A DNA stretch of 64,000 nucleotides from Gemmatimonadales bacterium (GTDB lineage Bacteria; Gemmatimonadota; Gemmatimonadetes; Gemmatimonadales; GWC2-71-9), in NCBI GenBank assembly GCA_041390145.1, contig JAWKQM010000005.1:149901-213900 (forward strand), read 5' to 3'. This document shows, in pieces, positions 32,478-40,085 of this stretch. The notes below the pieces were generated by a model, which searched no databases, was not told the DNA's origin, and worked only from the letters and a program-made list of their open reading frames with translations. The stretch's first letter is position 1, and every line of letters begins with the position of its first letter. The position numbers and the translations under genes are program-made.

Positions 32478-34037
32478 ATGAACGCTCCCAGGCACCACGA
32501 CGGCATCCTGATCCTCGACTACGGCTCGCAATTCACCCAGCTGATTGCGCGGCGGGTGCGCGAAGCCCACGTCTATTGCGAGATCCACCCGGGCACCCGC
32601 TCGCTGGAGTGGATTCGTGACTGGGGCCCGAAGGGGATCATCCTCTCGGGCGGCCCCAATTCGGTGTACGACGCCGGGGCGCCGACCGCGCCGCCGGGCA
32701 TTCTCGATCTCGGCGTCCCGGTGCTGGGCCTCTGTTACGGCATGCAGATCATCGCGCAGATGGCCGGCGCCAAGGTGGTCGGCGCCGACCGTCGCGAGTA
32801 CGGCCGGGCGGTGGTGACGGTGGCAGGGGGCAAGCTCTTCAGTGGGTTTGCCGTGGGCGAGGAAACGGCGGTCTGGATGAGTCACGGCGACCATGTCGAC
32901 ACGCCGCCTCCGGGTTTCACGCTCACCGCCTCGAGCCCCAACTGTCCCGTGGCGGGGTTCGAGCACGCCAGCCGGCCGATCTTCGGGGTCCAGTTCCACC
33001 CCGAGGTGGCACACACCGCGCGGGGCGGAGAAATCATCGGCGCCTTCCTGTTCGATGTGTGCGGGGCGACGCCGGACTGGACCGCGGGGCATTTCATCGA
33101 GACCGAGACCGCGCGAATTCGCGCGCTGGCCGGTTCCGCGCGCGTCATCTGCGGCCTCTCGGGCGGCGTGGACTCCTCGGTGGCCGCGGCGCTGGTCCAC
33201 CGCGCCGTGGGCGACCGGCTGACCTGCATCTTCGTCGACCACGGCCTCCTCCGGTTGCATGAACGTGACCAGGTCGAGGCGACATTCCGCCGTCACCTGG
33301 GGATCGACCTGCGCGTGGTGGAGGCGAGCGAATTGTTCCTCAAGGCGCTCGACGGGGTCAGCGACCCGGAAGAGAAGCGCCGCCGGATCGGGCACACCTT
33401 CATTGATGTGTTCGAGGCGGAGGCGAAGCAGGTGGGGCCCGACGTCGGGTTCCTGGTGCAGGGCACACTCTATCCCGACGTGATCGAGTCGGTGTCACCC
33501 ACCGGGGGACCGTCGGTCACCATCAAGACCCACCACAACGTCGGCGGGCTGCCGGAGCGGCTGCCGTTCAAGCTTATCGAACCGCTGCGGGAACTGTTCA
33601 AGGACGAAGTGCGACAGGTCGGGCGGGAACTCGGTTTGCCGGAGGAGATGGTCGGACGGCATCCGTTCCCAGGGCCCGGGCTGGCCATCCGCATCCTGGG
33701 GGCGGTCTCGAAGCCGGATCTCGACATCCTCCGGGCCGTGGACGACATCTACATCGAGGAGATCCGGGCGGCGGGGCTGTACGACGACATCTGGCAGGCG
33801 TTTGCCGTGCTGCTGCCGATACGCTCTGTCGGCGTGCAGGGTGACTTCCGCACCTACGATCAGGCGGTGGCGCTTCGGGCGGTAACGAGCCGGGACGGGA
33901 TGACGGCCGACTGGTTCCCCTTCCCGCACGAGGTGCTGGCGCACATCTCGAACCGGATCGCCAACGAGGTGAAGGGGGTCAACCGGGTGGTATACGACGT
34001 GAGCAGCAAACCCCCCGCCACGATCGAGTGGGAGTAG
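32478..34037 (+). CDS. guaA: GMP synthase (glutamine-hydrolysing)
   Basis: [40 protein letters not shown] and the C-terminal [14 protein letters not shown]. Confidence 0.96.
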   Translation: MNAPRHHDGILILDYGSQFTQLIARRVREAHVYCEIHPGTRSLEWIRDWGPKGIILSGGPNSVYDAGAPTAPPGILDLGVPVLGLCYGMQIIAQMAGAKVVGADRREYGRAVVTVAGGKLFSGFAVGEETAVWMSHGDHVDTPPPGFTLTASSPNCPVAGFEHASRPIFGVQFHPEVAHTARGGEIIGAFLFDVCGATPDWTAGHFIETETARIRALAGSARVICGLSGGVDSSVAAALVHRAVGDRLTCIFVDHGLLRLHERDQVEATFRRHLGIDLRVVEASELFLKALDGVSDPEEKRRRIGHTFIDVFEAEAKQVGPDVGFLVQGTLYPDVIESVSPTGGPSVTIKTHHNVGGLPERLPFKLIEPLRELFKDEVRQVGRELGLPEEMVGRHPFPGPGLAIRILGAVSKPDLDILRAVDDIYIEEIRAAGLYDDIWQAFAVLLPIRSVGVQGDFRTYDQAVALRAVTSRDGMTADWFPFPHEVLAHISNRIANEVKGVNRVVYDVSSKPPATIEWE

Positions 34038-34041
34038 GGGG

Positions 34042-34494
34042 CTAGACGCCCTTCGCCGACAGCAGCTCGAAGAACTCGTCGACCGAGGCCAGCTTCGCGA
34101 GCTGTTCCGGCACACCGGGCTCCTTGGCGAGCTGGGCGATCTTGCCGAGCGTCGGGAGGTACTGGTTGGACATTTCGTTGGGTGGGGCCACGATGAGGAA
34201 GACGTGGTGGACGGGTTGCCCGTCGGCGGCACCGAATTCGAGCCCGGCCGGGGAATAGCCGTAGGCGAGTTGCAGGCGATGCACCACCAGCGAGCGGCAG
34301 TGCGGCACGGCAACGCCTCGCCCCACACCGGTAGAGCCCAGGCTTTCCCGCCGATGCAGCATCTTCAGCAAGGTGTCCGTCGATTTCTCGTCGGCGTGGA
34401 GCAGGCCCACCAACTCGGCGAGCGCCTCGTCCTTGGTGGTGGCGCTGAGCGGCAGCTGGACGGCGTCGGGCGCAAAGAATTCTCTGAGATGCAT
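34042..34494 (-). CDS. ptsN: PTS EIIA(Ntr)-type nitrogen-regulatory protein
   Basis: 150-aa PTS_EIIA_2-like protein. RESLGSTGVGRGVAVPHCR contains the conserved phosphorylatable His. Followed by VFLIVAP. Confidence 0.8.
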   Translation of the reverse strand: MHLREFFAPDAVQLPLSATTKDEALAELVGLLHADEKSTDTLLKMLHRRESLGSTGVGRGVAVPHCRSLVVHRLQLAYGYSPAGLEFGAADGQPVHHVFLIVAPPNEMSNQYLPTLGKIAQLAKEPGVPEQLAKLASVDEFFELLSAKGV

Positions 34495-34576
34495 GACGGG
34501 GAAGCTAATCCCCGCCCGGAACGCGTGTCAAATCCCTATCATTGCTCGGTTTAGCCCACGGCCGTATTTTGTGGGC

Positions 34577-35560
34577 ATGCGGCTCCCCTATCCCGTTCCC
34601 CACGATTTCGCCCTGATCCTGGCTCCCATGGCCGGGGTCTCGGAGCCACCCTTCCGCCAGATCTGCCGGCGGATGGGGGCGGACGTCGTGCTGTCAGAAT
34701 TCCTCTCTTCTGAGGCGATCCGCCGGCGGATCCGGAACACCCTGGAAGGGGCGGAGTTCGAGGAGTGCGAGCGCCCGATCGGGATCCAGATCTACGGAGC
34801 CGATCCCGCCGCCATGGCGGAGGCCACCGCGCTCATCACCGAGCACTACCAGCCGGAGTTCATCGACATCAACTTCGGGTGCCCGGTCAAGAAGGTGGTC
34901 CGGCGGAACGGCGGGTCAGGCTGCCTGCGGGAGCCGCAGCTTATCACGGACATCATCCGCGCGTGCGTCGCCGCCACCCACCTGCCGGTGACGGTGAAGA
35001 CCCGAAGCGGGTGGAACGACGAGATGCGGGACCCCGTCGGGATTGCGCTGCGGATGCAGGACGCCGGTGCCCGGGCGTTCACGCTCCACGCCCGGACGCG
35101 GACCCAGATGTACTCCGGCAAGGCCAACTGGGACGAGATCGCCCGGGTGGTCGAGGCGCTGGAAATTCCCGTCATCGGCAACGGCGACGTGCAGACGCCT
35201 GAAGATGTCGTGCGCATGCGCGATCACACCGGGGCCGCCGGCGTCATGGTCGGCCGCGGCGCGTTCGGCAACCCCTGGCTCTTCCGCGATGCGCGCGCCC
35301 TCCTCGCGGGCCGCCCGAAGCCGGATGCGCCGACTGCGGCGGAGCGCTTCGAGATGGCGCTCACCCACGCGCGCCTGGCCCTTCGTCTGCAGGGCGACTC
35401 GCGGCACACGGTGGTGGAGTTCCGCAAGCACTTCGGCTGGTACACCAAGGGGCTTCACGGGGCGAGCGAGCTCCGCCAGCGGCTCTTCCAGGTGGAGTCG
35501 TTCACCGAGGCGGAGGAGATCTTCGTCCGGTACCTCGCGCCACTCGCGCAGGTGGCGTGA
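34577..35560 (+). CDS. dusB: tRNA-dihydrouridine synthase (DusB-like)
   Basis: LAPMAGVSEPPFR..C...GAD...SEF.S...IQI.G.DP..MAEA...DINFGCP..KV...G.G..L...GNGD are Dus-family motifs. Confidence 0.88.
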   Translation: MRLPYPVPHDFALILAPMAGVSEPPFRQICRRMGADVVLSEFLSSEAIRRRIRNTLEGAEFEECERPIGIQIYGADPAAMAEATALITEHYQPEFIDINFGCPVKKVVRRNGGSGCLREPQLITDIIRACVAATHLPVTVKTRSGWNDEMRDPVGIALRMQDAGARAFTLHARTRTQMYSGKANWDEIARVVEALEIPVIGNGDVQTPEDVVRMRDHTGAAGVMVGRGAFGNPWLFRDARALLAGRPKPDAPTAAERFEMALTHARLALRLQGDSRHTVVEFRKHFGWYTKGLHGASELRQRLFQVESFTEAEEIFVRYLAPLAQVA

Positions 35561-36315
35561 CCCCCGAGCGGCTGGCTGCACTGCTGGCAAGCGTCGCCGC
35601 CGGCACGATCACGCCGGCGCTGGCGCTCGAGCAGTTGCGCAATTTCCCCGCCGAACAACTTCCGTTCGCCAGCATCGATCACCATCGCACCCTGCGGCAG
35701 GGACAGCCGGAGGTGATCTTCTGCGCCGGCAAGACGGTGGAGCAGGTGGTGGCCATCGCCGAGCGACTGACCGCCGTGTCGGGCAGCTTCCTGGGCACGC
35801 GCGCGACCGATGAACAGGCGGAGGCGCTCCGGAACGTCTTCCCCGGGCTTGAGTGGAATGCCCCGGCGCGGACGGTGTTCTTGCCGAAGGAGCCCCGTCC
35901 GGAACCGACGGGGATGGGCACGGTGCTCGTGGTGTGTGCCGGCACCAGCGACCTGCCGGTGGCGGAGGAGGCGGCGGTGGTGGCCGAGGCGTTCGGCAAC
36001 CGGGTGGAACGGATGGTGGACGTGGGAGTGGCGGGCATCCACCGGTTGATGGCGCAGGGCGACCGGCTGCGGGAAGCGGCAGTCGTCATCGTCGTGGCGG
36101 GCATGGAAGGCGCCTTGCCAAGCGTCGTCGGAGGATTGGTTCGGGTGCCCGTGATCGCGGTGCCGACCAGCGTCGGGTACGGGGCGGCGTTCGGCGGAAT
36201 CGCCGCGCTGCTCGGGATGCTGAACAGCTGTGCGGCCGGAGTGACCGTGGTGAACATCGACAACGGTTTCGGCGCGGCCGCGGCGGCCACGCGCATCAAC
36301 CACCGGGCGCCGTGA
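35557..36315 (+). CDS. larB: PurE-like NCAIR-mutase-related protein, LarB family (pyridinium-3,5-biscarboxylic acid mononucleotide synthase-like)
   Basis: The N-terminal helical part plus AGTSDLPVAEEA...GVAGIHRL...VVAGMEGALPSVVGGL...PVIAVPTSVGYG...NIDNGFGAA matches the LarB/PurE-related fold. Overlaps the dusB stop. Confidence 0.7.
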   Translation: MTPERLAALLASVAAGTITPALALEQLRNFPAEQLPFASIDHHRTLRQGQPEVIFCAGKTVEQVVAIAERLTAVSGSFLGTRATDEQAEALRNVFPGLEWNAPARTVFLPKEPRPEPTGMGTVLVVCAGTSDLPVAEEAAVVAEAFGNRVERMVDVGVAGIHRLMAQGDRLREAAVVIVVAGMEGALPSVVGGLVRVPVIAVPTSVGYGAAFGGIAALLGMLNSCAAGVTVVNIDNGFGAAAAATRINHRAP

Positions 36316-37748
36316 GCGGTCTGGGGATCGCCGTGGTCTGGACGCTCCTCGGCGCTGCGGCCGGATTCCTGGTCGCCCGCCGGCGCCGCCCAGTCCCTCC
36401 GCGCGGCCGCACCGGCCTCCCGGATGCCGCGACTCCCCACCTCCTTCCCGATCCCGCGCTCGAGTGGCTGCGTCGCGCCTCCGGCGCCCACGGTCTGTGG
36501 GCGGTCGAGACGAAGGGCCCCGGTCAGGGCGCCCGCACCTACCAGAGTCTCTCCCCTGCCTGGCGCGTCACCGATACCGAACTGGACCTGATCGAGGAGC
36601 GCATCAAGGCGGCGTCCACCCGGGATGGCGACGGCGCCGAGCGCCTCGACGCCGGCCTGCTGCTGATCGCCTCGGCCGGGGGCGCGGTAGTGGCCGCGCT
36701 CGTCCCGGCAGACCTCCCGAGCGCGGCCCAGGCCACACTCCGAGGTGACCTCGCGGCATTGCTCGATGGAATCGGGCGGCGCCCGGTCCTCCACGATCTG
36801 GCGCAGGTGCAGGACGGCCTGGCCATTGAATCGGTCGAGAGCGTGGGGATGCGGCTGGCGTACCAGGTGGAGCGGATCGCCGGAGCCGAGGCGTACGTGG
36901 CCGCCTCGGAGGGAGCGGGCACCAGGGTGATCGGGGTGTCGGGGCTCGCGGACCGCCGGGCGCTCGGGCAGGTGCTCCCCGCCGATGCGACACTGGCCCG
37001 TGTATCGCGCGGCGCCCAGCCGGAAGCGGCGAGCGGCGATCCCCTCGGCGGTTCGGGCACCGACCGTCGCCGGCACCCACCCGCACAGGTGACACCGATG
37101 CTGCAGCACGATCAGGCCATCGGCGGGGTGGCCTGGCGTGTGCCCGACGGCGGGCTGGTCAGCCAGGAGACGATCCGGGAGGTCAATGAGGCGATCCGCG
37201 CGGCGACACCGCGGCTCGAGGTCGCCCTGCGTCTCGCCGCCGAGACGGACCGCGCCATCAAGGATCCGTTGACCGGCCTCCTCAACCGGCGCGGACTGGG
37301 GGAACGGATGAGCCTGGTCGGGCCTGAGCGCGGTGCCCTCATCTCGCTCGACTTCGACAAGTTCAAGCTCTTGAACGACACGCTCGGCCACGCGGCGGGG
37401 GACGCGGCGCTGATTCATCTGGCGCGCATCCTCCAGGAGCAGGTCCGAGGGGCGGACTCGGCGGCCCGCGTCGGGGGGGAGGAATTCCTGCTCTGGCTGC
37501 CGGGGACGTCGCTGGAGGAGGGCGTGCGCGTCGCGGAACGGATCAGGGTGCGGCTGGGTTCCGTGGGTTGGGACTGGCAAGGCAGGTCGTGGCCCCTGTC
37601 GGCGTCCTTCGGGGTGGCCGGGTGGCCGGAAACGACCCGGAGCAAGGACAACCTTGCCACCCAGGCCGATGCCGCGCTCTACGCCGCCAAGCGGGGCGGT
37701 CGAAACCGGGTCGTGATCTGGAGCCTCGAATTGAAGGAATCCTCATAG
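36312..37748 (+). CDS. Membrane-anchored diguanylate cyclase (GGDEF domain, GGEEF active site) with an uncharacterised N-terminal sensor region
   Basis: GTG 36312 overlaps the larB stop (GTGA). One TM segment (GIAVVWTLLGAAAGFLVA). C-terminal DPLTGLLNRRG...D.D.FK..ND..GH..GD...RVGGEEFLLWLPG...AD.ALY.AK..GRN. Confidence 0.85.
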   Translation: MSGLGIAVVWTLLGAAAGFLVARRRRPVPPRGRTGLPDAATPHLLPDPALEWLRRASGAHGLWAVETKGPGQGARTYQSLSPAWRVTDTELDLIEERIKAASTRDGDGAERLDAGLLLIASAGGAVVAALVPADLPSAAQATLRGDLAALLDGIGRRPVLHDLAQVQDGLAIESVESVGMRLAYQVERIAGAEAYVAASEGAGTRVIGVSGLADRRALGQVLPADATLARVSRGAQPEAASGDPLGGSGTDRRRHPPAQVTPMLQHDQAIGGVAWRVPDGGLVSQETIREVNEAIRAATPRLEVALRLAAETDRAIKDPLTGLLNRRGLGERMSLVGPERGALISLDFDKFKLLNDTLGHAAGDAALIHLARILQEQVRGADSAARVGGEEFLLWLPGTSLEEGVRVAERIRVRLGSVGWDWQGRSWPLSASFGVAGWPETTRSKDNLATQADAALYAAKRGGRNRVVIWSLELKESS

Positions 37749-37873
37749 TCGGTTTATCTTGTTGTTCACCAAGGGGGTACCCAGTCGAAGCTCGGTGTCT
37801 TACCGTTCCCGCAGTGGCGGCCCATACCACTTAGCCGGGCTGCCAAACAAGGGTTCACCCCGGAGGTAAGGTT

Positions 37874-38473
37874 ATGCGCGCCGCACGCTCGTCATTCGCC
37901 GCTTCGCTTCTGCTCCCTGCCGCCCTCCTGACCACCGCGGCATGCTCCAAGGGCATGTCGGGCACGACAACCGAATCAATGGTCGCCACACCGACCGGTG
38001 GCTATGCCGTGGAAACATTCACTACCACGGCGACGGTGACCTCGATCGCCAAGTCGAACCAGAAAGTCACGCTGCAGACGGCGGACGGGAAGAAGACCAC
38101 CTTCAAGGCCGATTCCCAGATGGTGGACTACGCCAAGCTCCGGGTCGGTGACAAGGTAGATGCCGTCGTGACCGAGGAGCTTGCCGTCGCCCTGTGGAAG
38201 GGGAACAATCCCCCCCCCGACGCCGTGGGCGGTCTGGTTGGGCTGACCCCTGCCGGCCAGCAGACCAGCAGCGTCATGGTGGCCACCGTGCGGATGACCG
38301 GCACCATCACGGCAATGGATATCAAGAAGCGGAAGGTGACCTTCCAGTTCGAGGACGGCAGCACCAAGACCATCAAGGTGGACAAGAGCGTAAACCTGTC
38401 CAATGCGGCGGTGGGCGACCGAGTGACGGTCGTGGTCACTGAGGCGGCGGCCCTCACGGTTACAAAGCAGTAG
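37874..38473 (+). CDS. Probable lipoprotein with an internally duplicated ~55-aa beta-rich module
   Basis: GGAGG RBS 8 nt upstream. Signal peptide ending LLTTAAC|S. TATVTSIAKSNQKVTLQTADGKKTTFKAD...VGDKVDAVVTE is repeated as TGTITAMDIKKRKVTFQFEDGSTKTIKVD...VGDRVTVVVTE. Confidence 0.65.
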   Translation: MRAARSSFAASLLLPAALLTTAACSKGMSGTTTESMVATPTGGYAVETFTTTATVTSIAKSNQKVTLQTADGKKTTFKADSQMVDYAKLRVGDKVDAVVTEELAVALWKGNNPPPDAVGGLVGLTPAGQQTSSVMVATVRMTGTITAMDIKKRKVTFQFEDGSTKTIKVDKSVNLSNAAVGDRVTVVVTEAAALTVTKQ

Positions 38474-38502
38474 CTCAACTCACCAATTGAAAGGCAGCGC
38501 CC

Positions 38503-39324
38503 ATGCGTAGCAGATTCTTCACCGCGGTCCTGGTGCTGGCCCTCCCAGGGCTCCTCTCCGCGCAGGCAGAACCGACCAAGGCGGAGGCCGAAGCCAAGGC
38601 CACGGAACTGGCCAAGGCGGCCCAGAACCCTGTGGCGAACATGAATTCGATCCCGGTGCAGTTCAACTGGACCACCGGCGGCGGGCTCGGTGACGAGACC
38701 CAGTCCGTGGTCAATGTCCAGCCGGTGCTCCCGCTGCCGATCAACGAGAAGTGGAACCTCATTTCCCGCACCGTGGTGCCGTTCGTCAGCCTGCCGGCCG
38801 GCGGCATCGACCGGGTGACGGGCATCGCCGACATCCAGGAACAGATCTACCTGACGCCGACCAAGTCCAAGGGCGCCGTCTGGGGCTTCGGCCCGATCTT
38901 CTCCTTCCCGACCGCGACCAACGCCGCCGTCTCGACGGGGCAGTACGCCATGGGGCCGACGTTCGTGGTGCTTAAGATCGGGAAGAAGTGGGTCTACGGA
39001 TTCGTGGCGAACCAGTTGTGGCGCATCGCGGGCAGCGAGGATACCCAGGCCATCAACTCGTTCTTCGTGCAGCCGTTCATCAACTACAACCTGAAGCGGG
39101 GCTGGGCGATCACCACCGCGCCGGCCATCACCGCCAACTGGGATGCCCCGAGCGGGCAGGTGTGGACGGTGCCGCTCGGGATCGGCGTGTCCAAGATCAC
39201 GATGGTGGGCAAGCAGCCGCTCAACATCGCCATGCAGTACTACGCCAATGTCGAACGGCCGGACAACGCGGGGTCCTCCCTGATCCGGATGCAATTCACG
39301 CTGCTGTATCCCAAAGGGATGTAG
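38503..39324 (+). CDS. Outer-membrane beta-barrel protein (MetA/TodX-like 'transporter' family resemblance)
   Basis: Signal peptide ...LPGLLSAQA. Alternating beta-strand pattern. The terminal ...RMQFTLLYPKGM has an aromatic residue near the C-terminus. The family assignment is from memory only. Confidence 0.6.
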   Translation: MRSRFFTAVLVLALPGLLSAQAEPTKAEAEAKATELAKAAQNPVANMNSIPVQFNWTTGGGLGDETQSVVNVQPVLPLPINEKWNLISRTVVPFVSLPAGGIDRVTGIADIQEQIYLTPTKSKGAVWGFGPIFSFPTATNAAVSTGQYAMGPTFVVLKIGKKWVYGFVANQLWRIAGSEDTQAINSFFVQPFINYNLKRGWAITTAPAITANWDAPSGQVWTVPLGIGVSKITMVGKQPLNIAMQYYANVERPDNAGSSLIRMQFTLLYPKGM

Positions 39325-39338
39325 GCACCCCATTGAAG

Positions 39339-39413
39339 TCACGAAGGCGCGAAATCACGATAGCACGAAAGAAGCGCTGACGTTCGTGTTTTCGTGATTT
39401 CGTGTTTTCGTGG
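39339..39413. repeat. Second CACGAA-family hairpin element
   Basis: tcacgaaggcgcgaaatcacgatagcacgaa (left) matches the reverse complement of cgttcgtgttttcgtgatttcgtgttttcgtgg (right) at about 25 of 30 positions. It starts 15 nt after the OMP stop. Confidence 0.85.
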
Positions 39414-39440
39414 CCCTTGGGGTAGGGGAGCACGCGCACA

Positions 39441-39469
39441 TTGCTCAACTGCCACAAAAAGTGTATCAT
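39441..39469 (+). promoter_or_regulatory. Candidate ssrA promoter (TTGCTC-17 nt-TATCAT)
   Basis: TTGCTC at 39441-39446, a 17-nt spacer, then TATCAT at 39464-39469, 14 nt before the mature tmRNA 5' end. Pattern match only. Confidence 0.4.
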
Positions 39470-39483
39470 TATGACACACCCAA

Positions 39484-39844
39484 GGGGGCGATCGGCTTCG
39501 ACGGGTTGGAAGAAGGAATTGCTGCGTGCCCAGGTCCGAGTCCCTGGCTAAACCACTTGGAAACAACCAAACGCCAACGATAACCTGGCGCTGGCTGCGT
39601 AAGCTGAGCTAAGCTCGCTTGACGCACCTCCGGTTCGCTGAGCCCGCCCGGGGCGCGGTGGGTCGGATCGAAAATCCGGGCTGGCCGAGCGCGGTCCTCC
39701 GACGCGCAAGGCGAGACATCAGGAGGTAGTCCCCAGAGCGGCCGATTCCTTGCCGGGCTGGGGAGACGCATGAAGAGGGATCTACGCACGTAGATGCGGT
39801 TCTGGAACCACACTCGGACCAGGGTTCGATTCCCTGCGCCTCCA
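39484..39844 (+). ncRNA. ssrA: tmRNA (SsrA), one-piece, tag ANDNLALAA
   Basis: The 5' GGGGGCG pairs with the 3' CGCCTCC, including a G3:U wobble. GGCTTCGACGGG follows the 5' end. The T-arm is CAGGGTTCGATTCCCTG with discriminator A at 39844 and no encoded CCA. The tag ORF GCC AAC GAT AAC CTG GCG CTG GCT GCG TAA is at 39573-39602. Confidence 0.93.
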
Positions 39845-40085
39845 CTACCACCGGCCGCTGGAGACTGGACTTCATGCCCAGGTGCTCCCGGGGCCGTGTT
39901 GGTTTCCTAACAGTTACCTCATGATCCCTTCAGCCCCGATGTGTAACTTTTGGGTTAAAGCTGCAGGTTTTTGCCGCCTATGGCACTGGACTTCGCCAAG
40001 AGCGGTGGTATTCTTTTGTGTTGTTCATGGGAGGAGCGAGGTTGCCCCTCCAGCACACTCCGCCCCCGATTCGCAGGAGCATCTG

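Noticed and set aside
34042-34494. ptsN as part of a local PTS or rpoN cluster
   Set aside because: The gene is isolated, convergent with guaA and divergent from dusB, and no rpoN, hpf, ptsO or ptsP lies nearby. The orphan position is noted, but nothing further can be inferred from the sequence.
39863-39992. 10-bp direct repeat ACTGGACTTC (39863 and 39983) as possible att sites
   Set aside because: A 10-mer recurring within ~120 bp is not clearly beyond chance in a 64-kb biased-composition sequence, and nothing mobile lies between the copies.
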